Assembly (NCBI GenBank): GCA_039798785.1 | Contig: JBDKFG010000008.1 | Location: 1-64,000, forward strand | Reading direction: 5' to 3' | DNA length: 64,000 nt | Source of the DNA: Verrucomicrobiota bacterium | Lineage (GTDB): Bacteria; Verrucomicrobiota; Lentisphaeria; Lentisphaerales; Lentisphaeraceae | Shown here: piece by piece, positions 38,396 through 48,009 of the stretch | Position numbering within the stretch: position 1 is the stretch's first letter | Layout of the letters: each line of letters opens with the position of its first letter | Program-made: the position numbers and the translations under genes | Notes under the pieces: generated by a model | The model's input: the letters and a program-made list of their open reading frames with translations, nothing else | Told to the model about the DNA's origin: nothing | The model's database searches: none

Positions 38396-38428
38396 AATCG
38401 CCCCCTCGAGAGAGGGGGCGATTCCTTT
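38396..38428 (+). terminator. Terminator hairpin after tRNA-Tyr
   Basis: AATCGCCCCCTC-gaga-GAGGGGGCGATT 12-bp stem followed by CCTTT. Confidence 0.75.
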
Positions 38429-38697
38429 GGTGTATGCAAAACGTGTCTTCAGAATTGTCTTCAAAACCCCCGCCGAGTGTATTCAATTCCGCATCGGCAT
38501 GATGATGTGTCTCTGGCTCAACCGCGCTCATTGAGGATCAATCCAGGATCGAGATGCCTGATAAGGTCAAATCTCCGCATCTTCAGTCTAGATCTCGATC
38601 AAACTAGAGATTTATGCCACATTTGACAGGAACATTATCGACAGATGTCCAGTCGAAAAGGCAATGCTTCTAGACAGATCTACTCCAAGGAGTCCGC

Positions 38698-41600
38698 ATG
38701 AATTTCAATTGTCCCGGATGCCAGATCCCCCTTCCGCTCCCTGACGGCTCCGAGGGGCGGCGCGTCCGTTGCGAACGCTGCCAGTGCAAGTTCACGGTGG
38801 AAAACCCCCCGGTGATCCTGGAAGCGGCGAAGGCCGCGCCGGCGACGCCTTCCTCCGCCACGCCGCGGACGGCCAGTCCGACAACGCCTCCTCGGCAGGC
38901 TTCGGTCCCGGGGGATCCGAGGGCTCCAGCCCGGGCCTCGAGCCGTCCCCAGAGAAAATCCGCCTTTGTACCGCTGTTCATCGGTTTGGGGCTTCTCGGA
39001 GCTGCCGGTGCGGGCGCTTGGCTCTTCTTGAAAAAGCCCGCCGCGTCACCATCCCAGGCGAGCGCCGCGGCGGCCGAAGGCGGCGCGGCTCCCCAGCAGA
39101 GCAAGCTTAAAGCCGAAGACAACTTCAAGATTCTCGGGGAAGTCAACGATCTGCCGGTCTACGGATGGATCCAAGCGCCTGAAATCGCCCCTGACCCTTG
39201 GCTCGACAAGATCGTCTCGGGCGACATCGCCCAGGCCCGGCGCGAGCTTCGGGTCGATCTCGAAAATCGTCTTGCCGGCAGCGACGCCCGTGCCTCTCTG
39301 AAAAAGGCTGCGAACGACGCCACCTCCTCCTTCCAGATGATGCGTCACGAGCTCATCCGCCTCGTCGGCCCCGGCGGGCTTGAGGAGCTCCGCAAGCGCC
39401 CCGAGGGTCCAGCTTTCCTGCGCCAGCTCTTCAGTTCGCCGGAGTGGCTCGAGGACTACCTCGTCACCGGCACCTTCGGCAGCCCGGTGGAGAACCTCAA
39501 CGAGTTGCATCTGCTCGCCTCGATCTACCGCTACGACAAACGCTGCACCCTGCCTCTCTACCGCAAGCTGGCGATCGCCTACGCCCGCAACCAGCCGGGC
39601 GAATGGGACGACGCGGCGGTGCAGTTCTCTCTCATCGACGCCTACCAGGCGAACTTGAAGAACCACCAGGAAGGAAGGATGCACGCATCCTTCGACAGGC
39701 TGCAATCCTGGGAGATGATGTTCGTCACCTCTTGCGACGACTATGCCGGCCGCATCGGCGACGCCCGCCATCAGCGCTTCCTCGCCTACGACCGCCACAG
39801 CCCGCAGCCGAGCTACGATGGCGCCTGTTGGGAGATCCCCTGGGTCAATGACAACCAGTTCGGCGATTCCTGCCAGGCCGACCCCTACTACTCGATGTGG
39901 AAGAACCACTACGTCCGCGGCGCTCCTTCGATCAAGAAGGTCTGGGGCGTCTGCGGCACCTTATCCACCTTCGGCGCCTACAATGCCCGGGCCCATGGCA
40001 TCCCGAGCTTCCCGGTCGGCCAGCCCGGCCACTGCGCCTACATGCTGCGCGACGACGACGAAAACTGGTCGACCCCCTACTCGGTGACCTGGCCCACCGG
40101 CGCAGGATCCTTCTTCGGCAGCGGCGACGAATCGATCGTCCGCCTGATGCAGGCAGCCTACGGCAACAAGCAGCGGGCGAGCCTCCTCCGCGCCGAACAG
40201 CACCGCTGGCAGCGCGAGTTCCTTCTCGAAGGCCGCGGATTCCCCCTCGAACCAGGCAGCCTCAAGCTCTACAAAGGTGACAACGTCACCACCTGCAACG
40301 TCTTTCTCGAGCGCAAACCCTTCAAGGAGATCCGCTCCACCGAGACCAATCTGCTCGCAGCGCTGAAGAAGCAGCGAGGCTGGCGCGGCGCCACCCTCGA
40401 CAGCAGCTTCCTCCTCGACCAGGCCGAATCCCTCAAGTTCAGCTTGAGCAGCGACGACGGCAGCCGCCTCTACATCGACGGCCGGCTCGCCATCGACAAT
40501 GACGGCTCGCACGCACCGGTCCTCAAGGAGGCCAGCCTGAAACTGGAGCCCGGTCGGCACACCCTCCGCCTCGAATACTTCGACGGCGGCGGCGGCGCCA
40601 GTTTCGACTTCAAGATAGACAGGGAGAAAGCCGCCGGCCGCGACACGCGCGCCGAGATCGCCCTCGAACTCGCACTCGAACAGTCGCCTCTCAACCTCAA
40701 CAACTGGCGGCTCAAGCTCCAGGACATGAAAGAGGCGGGCGTGGTCGCGCCGGATGCCTGGAGCGCCTTCGCCCGCAGCTTCGTCGCCGCGATGCGCGAC
40801 TACCACCACCCTGCCTGGAGCCTGCTCGAGCAGGAGATCTATCCTCAGCTCAAGAATCTCACCGTGGCGCAGCGCTCGGAGCTCATCATCGGCCTGCACA
40901 GAAGCCTCAACCTGAAGGCCCGCGACGCCGCCGGCGCCTGGCTGCCGCAGCACCTCGACAAGCAGCAGGCCTTCCTCGCCGATCCGGCCTCCTCGGTCAG
41001 TCTCTTCAACTCCCTTCTCGCCGTCTACGGCAGCTCAAAGAACGATCTCGCCCAGATCCTCTCCTGGGGCAACAAAAGCCTGATGGGAAATACCGCCACC
41101 AGCAAGGCCTACCTCGCCGCCTTGACCCAGTTCCTCGGCAGCAGCCGGGGCGCCGCAGCCGCCGACCCGCTCAACACCCTCGGCGAGCTCATCGCCAATG
41201 CCGAAACGGCAGGCGACATCAACAGCTTCCAGGCGATCAACCAGCTCGCCCCCAGCCTCCTCCGCGATGTCGACCCCTACAAGGCCCGCCACTTCGACAA
41301 AGGCACCGCCGAGCGCTTCCCCAAGGTCCGGAGCTTCCCAGGCAAAATCCTCTCCGCCGAAGGCATCCTGATGCCCTCCAGCCTCTTCGACAACTCCACC
41401 AACCTCACCCACGCCAGCGCCCTCGCCGGCAGCGGCTACGGCGGCATGATCCACACTAAGCGCGAGGAAAAAGCCTTCGTCGACCTCAAGCTCCCCGGCA
41501 AGGCCAAGCTCAGCGGCATCGTCATCGTCAACCGCTACGAGAATTCCGGCGAGCGCAATGTCCCGCTCAAGATCAGCGCCTCCTCCGACGGCAAGACCTG

Positions 41601-41760
41601 GACTGAAATCTTCACCAGCAAGGAAAACCTGCCGGCTTGGGAGATCGACCTCGGCAAGCAGAAGGTCGAGGCCCAGTACCTCCGCCTCGAACGCGCCGAG
41701 CCCCGTAACGACTTCCTCAATCTCCGCGCCTTCCGCGTCTACGGAACGCCGCTGTATTGA
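38698..41760 (+). CDS. Membrane-anchored multidomain protein: Zn-ribbon, Pro-rich linker, TM, transglutaminase-like core, PA14, helical region, discoidin-like C-terminus
   Basis: CPGC...CERC; TM 'FVPLFIGLGLLGAAGAGAWLFL'; 'WGVCGTLS...AHGIPSFPVGQPGHCAY'; PA14 'LSSDDGSRLYIDG...DNDGSH...LRLEYF'; 'VDLKLPG...IVIVNR...SSDGKTWT'. Confidence 0.85.
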   Translation: MNFNCPGCQIPLPLPDGSEGRRVRCERCQCKFTVENPPVILEAAKAAPATPSSATPRTASPTTPPRQASVPGDPRAPARASSRPQRKSAFVPLFIGLGLLGAAGAGAWLFLKKPAASPSQASAAAAEGGAAPQQSKLKAEDNFKILGEVNDLPVYGWIQAPEIAPDPWLDKIVSGDIAQARRELRVDLENRLAGSDARASLKKAANDATSSFQMMRHELIRLVGPGGLEELRKRPEGPAFLRQLFSSPEWLEDYLVTGTFGSPVENLNELHLLASIYRYDKRCTLPLYRKLAIAYARNQPGEWDDAAVQFSLIDAYQANLKNHQEGRMHASFDRLQSWEMMFVTSCDDYAGRIGDARHQRFLAYDRHSPQPSYDGACWEIPWVNDNQFGDSCQADPYYSMWKNHYVRGAPSIKKVWGVCGTLSTFGAYNARAHGIPSFPVGQPGHCAYMLRDDDENWSTPYSVTWPTGAGSFFGSGDESIVRLMQAAYGNKQRASLLRAEQHRWQREFLLEGRGFPLEPGSLKLYKGDNVTTCNVFLERKPFKEIRSTETNLLAALKKQRGWRGATLDSSFLLDQAESLKFSLSSDDGSRLYIDGRLAIDNDGSHAPVLKEASLKLEPGRHTLRLEYFDGGGGASFDFKIDREKAAGRDTRAEIALELALEQSPLNLNNWRLKLQDMKEAGVVAPDAWSAFARSFVAAMRDYHHPAWSLLEQEIYPQLKNLTVAQRSELIIGLHRSLNLKARDAAGAWLPQHLDKQQAFLADPASSVSLFNSLLAVYGSSKNDLAQILSWGNKSLMGNTATSKAYLAALTQFLGSSRGAAAADPLNTLGELIANAETAGDINSFQAINQLAPSLLRDVDPYKARHFDKGTAERFPKVRSFPGKILSAEGILMPSSLFDNSTNLTHASALAGSGYGGMIHTKREEKAFVDLKLPGKAKLSGIVIVNRYENSGERNVPLKISASSDGKTWTEIFTSKENLPAWEIDLGKQKVEAQYLRLERAEPRNDFLNLRAFRVYGTPLY

Positions 41761-41837
41761 ATCGCGAATGGAGCCGAAGCTCTTTGTTCTTCGCTTCTTG
41801 TTCAACTTTTAATTCTTAATCGCCTAGGAGCTCTCCC

Positions 41838-43727
41838 ATGATCCGGTTCCTCTCCGCCACCTTTCTCCTAGCCAGCCTGACCAGCTCTGCCGCCCAGCAG
41901 GCCGCCGACCTCAGCGAGGCGAAAGAGCGATGCAGCAAGGGCCTCGCCGACACCATTCTCGTCTATGCCCACGGCTCCGACTGGAATCCGGCCGGCGAGA
42001 GGCTCTTGAAAAGCCTCTGGCAGGACCCGGCACTGGCAAAAGGGCTGCCCGACTCGGTGGTCATGGTCGCCGTCGATCTCCCGGAAACCGGCTTCCGTCC
42101 CCGCTTCCGCCAGCTTCTCTCCCGCCTCCCCGCCCCCAGCGGCGCCGCGGTCACTGCGGTGAGCGGCAAGAACGGCAGCAGCTACACCCGGCAGAGCGAC
42201 GGCTCCTGGCTCGCCGACCCCAAAAGCAACCCGCATCACGAAGTTCTGTCCTTGACCTTCAAGACCGGCGCCTCCCCCTGCAGCGCACTGCGCCTCCAGA
42301 CCCTCTCGGATCCGAGCTTCGCCCGCGAACACTCGGGCCGCGCCGGCGGCAACGGCAACTTCGCCATCAACGAAGTCGAGCTCTTCGCCGGCAGCGCCAA
42401 GCTCGCCATCCGCAACGCCCTCGCCGACGCAGTGGAGAAGGACCCCAACAATCCCCGCGAGGCCAGCAATCTCATCGACGGCAGCTTCGAACCCTCCAGG
42501 ATGTGGTCGGTCCACGGTACCGACCTGAAGTCGCAGAACCTGCTTCTCGAATTGCCCCAGGACCTCGCGCCGAACAGCGACTACACCCTCAAGATCCATT
42601 GTCTCAGTCCCTGGGGCCAGCACGTTCCCGGCCGCCTCCGACTCGAAGCTGTCGAAAGCCGACTTCTGACCCCAGAGTTCACCGCGGTATTCCAACAGGC
42701 GGAGCTGGAAAACCGCAACCGCGTCCTGCAGATCGCCAATAACAACCTGCCTGCCATTTTCGCCTACTCGCCCGACGGTGAACGCTTCGGCGCCCTGGTG
42801 CCGCTCCGTCCGGAAGACCGCGCAGGCAGCATCATCAATCGCCTCGGCCCCCTGATGCAGAAACGGCGCGACTTCGACAAGCTCTACGCCGAGGCGAAAG
42901 GCGCCGCGCCTCTTGAGCTCCCGGAAAAAATGGTCAAGGCCGCCGAAGTGCTCGGCGACGAGCTCGGCCAGACTCGCCGCAAAGAGATCCTCGCCGCCAT
43001 CCACAAGGTCGATCCCAATCGCCAGAACCCCTGGTCCTGGCGCTTCGACTTCAACCTCGATTCGGTCCGCAAGGAGAAGGACGAGCGGCTCAAGGCCAAG
43101 GGCGAGCAGGCGGCCCTCGATTATCTCGACTCGGTCCTCAGCTCTCTCCGCGCCGGCCGACTCAAACCGGAACAGAAGCAGCAGCTGGTGCTGGAGAAGT
43201 TCCTCATCGCCCGGAACTGGAAAGGCCAGGAAATCCAAAAGAACCGCATCCTCGAGCAGATGGAGGCGCTCGCGCCCACCAGCCACTACGGCATCGGCGC
43301 CCGCGGCCAGATCGACTACTACGGCCATGGCATCCCGACCCTCGCCTACGGCTGGTGGCCTCGCCACGTCCAGCCCGGCGCCAATACCCTGAACATCCAA
43401 AAAGGCCTCGCCGTCCTCCTGCCGGTCAGCGGCAGCTACGACCTCACCCTGGCAACCCGCGGCGGCAGCAAAAACCCCTGCGTCATCGAAAGCGCCGCGT
43501 TCGTCGACGCCGCCGGCAAGGAGCTCAGCACCGCCGTCTCCGGCGTCACCATCGGCCCAGGCCACGACAACGAGGTCAAGCTGCGCCTCCAGCTGCCCAA
43601 GGGCAGCGATCCGGAAAAACTCAGCCTCCGCCTCAAATTCAAGCTCGATTCCGGCACCGAGCATAGCTGCACTCTGATCCTGCGACCCGCCCTCCCCGAA
43701 GACGGCCCCTTCGGCTGGGAGAAGTGA
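41838..43727 (+). CDS. Secreted protein with a Cys-less thioredoxin-like N-terminal domain and beta-sandwich modules
   Basis: Signal peptide; 'ILVYAHGSDWNPAGERL...VVMVAVDLPE' and later 'NLPAIFAYSPDGERFG'; AGGAG RBS. Confidence 0.75.
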   Translation: MIRFLSATFLLASLTSSAAQQAADLSEAKERCSKGLADTILVYAHGSDWNPAGERLLKSLWQDPALAKGLPDSVVMVAVDLPETGFRPRFRQLLSRLPAPSGAAVTAVSGKNGSSYTRQSDGSWLADPKSNPHHEVLSLTFKTGASPCSALRLQTLSDPSFAREHSGRAGGNGNFAINEVELFAGSAKLAIRNALADAVEKDPNNPREASNLIDGSFEPSRMWSVHGTDLKSQNLLLELPQDLAPNSDYTLKIHCLSPWGQHVPGRLRLEAVESRLLTPEFTAVFQQAELENRNRVLQIANNNLPAIFAYSPDGERFGALVPLRPEDRAGSIINRLGPLMQKRRDFDKLYAEAKGAAPLELPEKMVKAAEVLGDELGQTRRKEILAAIHKVDPNRQNPWSWRFDFNLDSVRKEKDERLKAKGEQAALDYLDSVLSSLRAGRLKPEQKQQLVLEKFLIARNWKGQEIQKNRILEQMEALAPTSHYGIGARGQIDYYGHGIPTLAYGWWPRHVQPGANTLNIQKGLAVLLPVSGSYDLTLATRGGSKNPCVIESAAFVDAAGKELSTAVSGVTIGPGHDNEVKLRLQLPKGSDPEKLSLRLKFKLDSGTEHSCTLILRPALPEDGPFGWEK

Positions 43728-43746
43728 TCCGGCAATGCCGGATCAC
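43724..43746. terminator. Palindrome at the stop codon, between convergent genes
   Basis: GTGATCCGGCA-A-TGCCGGATCAC. Confidence 0.45.
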
Positions 43747-43879
43747 CGAAACCCACTGCTGAACCCACCGCATCCAGGATAATCGTTTCGACCTTTGCCC
43801 CTGCTGCTCAAACCGATTGTCTGGATGCGCCGGAAAACACCGCTTGTTCAATCAACCCGGGGCTCAACGCTTTCTGGCT

Positions 43880-44266
43880 TCACTGCCCCTTGCGATAAAC
43901 CTGGTCGGGATCGAAGACGGGCTCAGAGTCGATGAGACTTGAGCCGTCGGCGCCGATGCGATGGAAGAAGCAGGAGATCCGGCCGGTATGGCAGGCGGCT
44001 CCTTTTTTCTGTCGCACTTTCAGGAGAATGGCGTCGGCGTCGCAGTCAAGACGAGCCTCGACCAGCTCCTGGATGGCGCCCGATTCGTCGCCTTTGTACC
44101 AGAGCTTGTTGCGGGAACGGGAGAAATAGACACCGCGCTGCAGACGCAAGGTCTCCTCCCAGGCCTGGCGGTTCATATAGGCGAGCATCAGCACGGTGCC
44201 GCTGTCGGCGTCCTGGCAGATCGCCGGCAGCAGGCCGTCGGGGCTTTTGGCGAAGTCGGGCTGCAT
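43880..44266 (-). CDS. hisI: Phosphoribosyl-AMP cyclohydrolase
   Basis: 'VLMLAYMN', 'FSRSRNKLWYKGDESG', 'DCDAD', 'ACHTGRISCF'. Confidence 0.95.
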   Translation of the reverse strand: MQPDFAKSPDGLLPAICQDADSGTVLMLAYMNRQAWEETLRLQRGVYFSRSRNKLWYKGDESGAIQELVEARLDCDADAILLKVRQKKGAACHTGRISCFFHRIGADGSSLIDSEPVFDPDQVYRKGQ

Positions 44267-44267
44267 C

Positions 44268-44579
44268 TCAGAGCCCGAGGACCGCTTTCAAGGCGCCTTG
44301 GGCGTGAAGCTCCTTCATGATATCGACCCCGCCGACAAGCTCGCCTTTGACGATCAGCATGGGGTAGGTGGGCCAGTCGAAATACTCCTTGCAGGCTTCG
44401 CGCAGCCCCGACTCGGAAAGGACATCGGCATAGCCGAATTCGACGTCGTAATTGGCGAGGATCTCGACTGCGGTCTTGCTGAAGCCGCAAACCGGGAAGG
44501 AGGGCGTTCCTTTCATGTAGATGAACACCGGATTGAGGCTGACTTCATTGGCGATGCGTTGGCGGATGGCTTCTTCCAT
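44268..44579 (-). CDS. grxD: Monothiol glutaredoxin Grx4
   Basis: 'YMKGTPSFPVCGFS', 'WPTYP', 'GGVDI'. Confidence 0.95.
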   Translation of the reverse strand: MEEAIRQRIANEVSLNPVFIYMKGTPSFPVCGFSKTAVEILANYDVEFGYADVLSESGLREACKEYFDWPTYPMLIVKGELVGGVDIMKELHAQGALKAVLGL

Positions 44580-44666
44580 GGGGAATCCTGGGGATGGAGA
44601 TGTGTGACGAGGCAAGAAAGCATGAAGTGGCGAAGTCGCCAGGTCGATGCTCGGGCTATGCGAGAC

Positions 44667-45260
44667 TCAAGGATAGAGAAGTCCCTCGGTCCAGCTGCCG
44701 TCGGGCTGCAGGTCATAGCGCAGGCGCTCGTGCAGACGGAATTCCTTCTTGCACCAGAACTCCATCCGGTCGGGCTTGACCCGGAAGCCACCCCAGTAAG
44801 CAGGTCGCGGCACTTCGCCATTGAGGAAGCGCTTGGCCAACTCGACCGTGACTTCCTTGACGAAGGTGGAATGCGAGGCGAGAGGACGCGACTGCTGCGA
44901 CGCCGTGGCGCCGAGCTTCGAAATCAGGGGCCGGGAATGGAAATATTTCTCCGAGTCCTCGACGCTGACCTTCTCGACCTTGCCTTCGACCCGGATCTGG
45001 ATGCCGAGCTTCTCCCACCAGAAACACAAGGCGGCGAAAGGATGACGCTCCAACTCGCGCCCCTTGCGGCTCTCGTAGTTGGTGAAGAAGACGAAGCCGT
45101 TTTCGTCGACTTCCTTGAGCAGGACGACGCGGCAGTCGGGTCGGCCATCTTCGCCGACGGTGGCCAGGGTCATCCAGTTCGGTTCTTCCCAGATGCCGGT
45201 GGCTTCCGCGTCTTTCAGGTGCTGGCGGAAGCGGCTGATCAGTTCGGTCGTGGTCTTCAT
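44667..45260 (-). CDS. pdxH: Pyridoxine/pyridoxamine 5'-phosphate oxidase
   Basis: 'MTLATV...RVVLLK...FFTNYESRKG', 'YFHSRP', 'WGGFRV', 'RLHERL', 'LYP'; AAGGAG RBS before 45260. Confidence 0.95.
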   Translation of the reverse strand: MKTTTELISRFRQHLKDAEATGIWEEPNWMTLATVGEDGRPDCRVVLLKEVDENGFVFFTNYESRKGRELERHPFAALCFWWEKLGIQIRVEGKVEKVSVEDSEKYFHSRPLISKLGATASQQSRPLASHSTFVKEVTVELAKRFLNGEVPRPAYWGGFRVKPDRMEFWCKKEFRLHERLRYDLQPDGSWTEGLLYP

Positions 45261-45401
45261 CGTCTCTCCTTGAGTTTGTGCAGCCGCCAATATGCCACGG
45301 CTACGCCACTCGGCACGTCTCATATCCGGGATGGCTGCCCTGCCCATATGGACTGCAAACGGCGCAAGCCCCCGACAAGAAGTTTTTAGAACTGTGACTG
45401 A

Positions 45402-45619
45402 GCCTAAATTCCGCAGCCGCGGAATGGAGCCGGGTTGAAAGGTTGGAAGGTTGAAAGGCAAATACATGAACAACAGCGACAAATGACGATTCTAGTTCAA
45501 CCTGCATGACTGCCAGCCGGAGGAGTTGCCGAGCGCCCTCGAACACCATAACCTCTTGCCGTTGTAGCTGATCCTTTCAACCTTTAAACCTTCCAACCTT
45601 TCAACTGCGGTTTTTAGGC
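45402..45619. mobile_element. Non-autonomous MITE-like element, copy 2 (218 bp)
   Basis: Matches 17140..17349 with one extra 8-mer; GCCTAAA...TTTAGGC ends; TGA on both flanks. Confidence 0.88.
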
Positions 45620-45718
45620 TGAGCCCTGCGAAGCGCCGTGCTTTCAACGGAATGTGAGGATTGGCCGGCGGTTGAGCCGAATCGGAAAACCCCCGGGGGA
45701 TAAGGGCGGAAGGCCAAG

Positions 45719-46582
45719 TCAATCGGTCGGGAAGAATGGCTCGGCGGGATTGACGCCGTAGACGCAGATGCCGAGATCGTCGAGCGCGGCGAGTACGCGC
45801 ACGCGGTCGATGAAAAGGGTGAGTCCGGCTTGGAGGATCAGGCTGCGGGCCTTGGCGGCGGCGAGGGAGTCGACGGTGCGCATTCCGATCACCGGGATAT
45901 CGAAGCGCAGGTCGTGGCCGTCTTTGGCGACCTTGATGACGGTGACGCCGCCGCGTCCGAGTTCGCCGCCGCGGAGGATGCAGCGGTCGGTGCCTTCGAA
46001 GCCTTCCACGGCGAGGATGCTGCCGCGCTTCACCACCAGGGACTGGCCGATGTCGAGGCGGGCGCATTCCCGCGCCAGTTTCCATCCGTAGCTGGCGTCG
46101 GCGGCGCGCGATGGGTCGAGGGCGATGCGGCCGAGCTGGCCGGGGCTGGCGAGGCAGGAATCGAGGAAGGAGTGGGCCGGAAGGACCGAGAGGCCGCCCT
46201 CTTCGAAGCAATCGCAGATCGCCCCGAAAAGACTGTGGGCGTTTTTCTCTTTCAAACGGGCGAGAATCTTGAAGGCGCGCAGATCGGGACGGATGCCGCC
46301 GAAGAGGCGGGTCGGCTTGACCTGGCCGATCATCATCAACTGGCTCACTTGCCGTTTCCGGCAGGAATCGATCACCTTGCCGATCTGGCCGACATGGACC
46401 CAGTCGCAGCTATCCGCCTCGCTCGCCAAAGCGGGCTCGGCCTCGTCGATCAGGCCGACGACGTGGATCCGCGGCACCCCGGCGGCGCGGGCGGCGCGGA
46501 GGGCGGCAAAGGGGTACATCCCGCGACCGGCGAGGAGGCAGAGCGGCTGGTCAAGGGCGGGGCGGGGGTAGGAGCGGAGCAT
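45719..46582 (-). CDS. lpxI: UDP-2,3-diacylglucosamine diphosphatase LpxI family
   Basis: 'LLAGRGMYP', 'LDIGQSLVVK...AVEGFEGTD', 'KVAKDGHDLRFDIPVIG'. Confidence 0.9.
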   Translation of the reverse strand: MLRSYPRPALDQPLCLLAGRGMYPFAALRAARAAGVPRIHVVGLIDEAEPALASEADSCDWVHVGQIGKVIDSCRKRQVSQLMMIGQVKPTRLFGGIRPDLRAFKILARLKEKNAHSLFGAICDCFEEGGLSVLPAHSFLDSCLASPGQLGRIALDPSRAADASYGWKLARECARLDIGQSLVVKRGSILAVEGFEGTDRCILRGGELGRGGVTVIKVAKDGHDLRFDIPVIGMRTVDSLAAAKARSLILQAGLTLFIDRVRVLAALDDLGICVYGVNPAEPFFPTD

Positions 46583-46663
46583 GGGTGGAAAGGGTGGGAG
46601 GGGTTGGAAGGGTGGGAGGCGTGGGGGCGAAGTCTTGGGTCTCTGCGTCCTGAGTTTGGCTTT

Positions 46664-47098
46664 TCAGTCGCGGGTGGGAATGATTTTACTGATGCAAAGG
46701 CCTAGGCTGTTATCTTGAGTGAGCACAACAGCATCAAATCCGTACTCGCGGCACCAAGCGGTGATCCGCTGGATGTACTCGGCCTCTTTGTCCCACTCCG
46801 CCTTGCCTTGCGAGACTTTGAGAAAACTCCTGTGTTGAACCGCTGCCAATAGTGGTTTCAGATCCTCGATTTTACTAAGTTTGATCCATTCGTGCCGAGT
46901 CTGATCGAAGACCTGGATGCCCTGATGATAATCGAGCGAAATCGAAAGCGCGGACTGCTCCAAGGCTTCATCCATTTTGCTCGCATCTGACGAGGCCGCG
47001 TAGAAACCCGTTTCCACCGTTTCCAGCGGCGATTGGCTTTGGCAGCCCGCCCCGAGGAGGAGAGCCAGGAGGAGGACAAGAGGAGCGGGGCGGGTCAT
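46664..47098 (-). CDS. Hypothetical lipoprotein
   Basis: MTRPAPLVLLLALLLGAG-C lipobox; AGGA RBS. Confidence 0.7.
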   Translation of the reverse strand: MTRPAPLVLLLALLLGAGCQSQSPLETVETGFYAASSDASKMDEALEQSALSISLDYHQGIQVFDQTRHEWIKLSKIEDLKPLLAAVQHRSFLKVSQGKAEWDKEAEYIQRITAWCREYGFDAVVLTQDNSLGLCISKIIPTRD

Positions 47099-47143
47099 GT
47101 GAGGATTCCTGGTTGAGGCTTGAGTTTGCGCTTGTCGCGTTGA

Positions 47144-47223
47144 TCTGGGGCCGCCGCAATCCTTGCGTTGCTGCTGCTGGAGCAGAAGGAGCGAAACGCC
47201 GCAAGGATTGCGGCGGCCCCAGA
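47144..47223. repeat. REP/REPIN-like 24-bp perfect inverted repeat
   Basis: TCTGGGGCCGCCGCAATCCTTGCG (47144..47167) and its exact reverse complement (47200..47223), 32-bp spacer. Confidence 0.9.
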
Positions 47224-47298
47224 GAGCGCTGAGAGCGCAGCCGGCGGGACGCCAGCGATCCAATAGGCTTCTGTCCGTCGATCTGCGGTCGGGACGTT

Positions 47299-48009
47299 TC
47301 ATTTCCCCTGGCTCCAGATCACTGCAAGCTCGAGCAGCTGGCCTTCGGCGGCGGGCTCTTTGCCCTGGGCTTCACGCAGGATGAGGCGCTGACGGGCGGC
47401 GGCAAGGGCGAGGGCGTCGAGCTTGGCATCGCCGCAGCCCGAGATCATCTGGACCGCCCAGATGCCACCGAGGTGGACGGCGCGGAGGCGGGTTTCGGCG
47501 CCGGCTGCAGGCGGAGCGACGGGAGCGGCGAGGGGGCAAGGCAATACCGCCTGGCCGTCTTCGAGCCAGAGAGGCCAGGAGGGTGCCACCAGCTTGAGCT
47601 TCTCGGCCGGGGCGGGCGGCAGGGGCCAGGCGTCGGCGGCGCTGCGGCGCAGATCTGGGCTGGCCAGTGACGGGCCGAGGACGGGTTCCGGCCAGGGCGT
47701 GGAGGGCAGCTCGGTGCTTTGACGCGGCAGGGCGATCTCGGCCAAATCCCCGCGGGGCAAGGGCGGCAGGGGCAGGCTGACGGCGCGCCGGGGGTCGTCG
47801 AGATCTTCCAAGGCGCGCAATTCGGCGGCGGCGGGATCGTCGGCTCGGACGGCATAGACCAGGCTGATCGAGGCGCCCGGGTCGATCCTCGGCGGCGGCT
47901 CATCGGCGACCCGGAAAAGCAAGAGCGGAGCGGCGATACAGAGGAGGCAGACGCCGAAAATCGCCATCACAGGCCGCGGCTGCCGCCGGCTCGGCTTAGT
48001 CCGCAGCAC
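47299..48009 (-). CDS. Pro-rich TonB/TolA-like energy-transducer candidate
   Basis: One N-terminal TM, Pro-rich stalk, C-terminal 'AVQMISGCGDAKLDALALAAARQ'; follows exbB-exbD. Confidence 0.55.
   Translation of the reverse strand: MLRTKPSRRQPRPVMAIFGVCLLCIAAPLLLFRVADEPPPRIDPGASISLVYAVRADDPAAAELRALEDLDDPRRAVSLPLPPLPRGDLAEIALPRQSTELPSTPWPEPVLGPSLASPDLRRSAADAWPLPPAPAEKLKLVAPSWPLWLEDGQAVLPCPLAAPVAPPAAGAETRLRAVHLGGIWAVQMISGCGDAKLDALALAAARQRLILREAQGKEPAAEGQLLELAVIWSQGK

Noticed and set aside
38369..38697. Integrative element at tRNA-Tyr
   Set aside because: No integrase, and I found no second copy of the tRNA 3' end in the window; downstream genes are GC-rich like the host.
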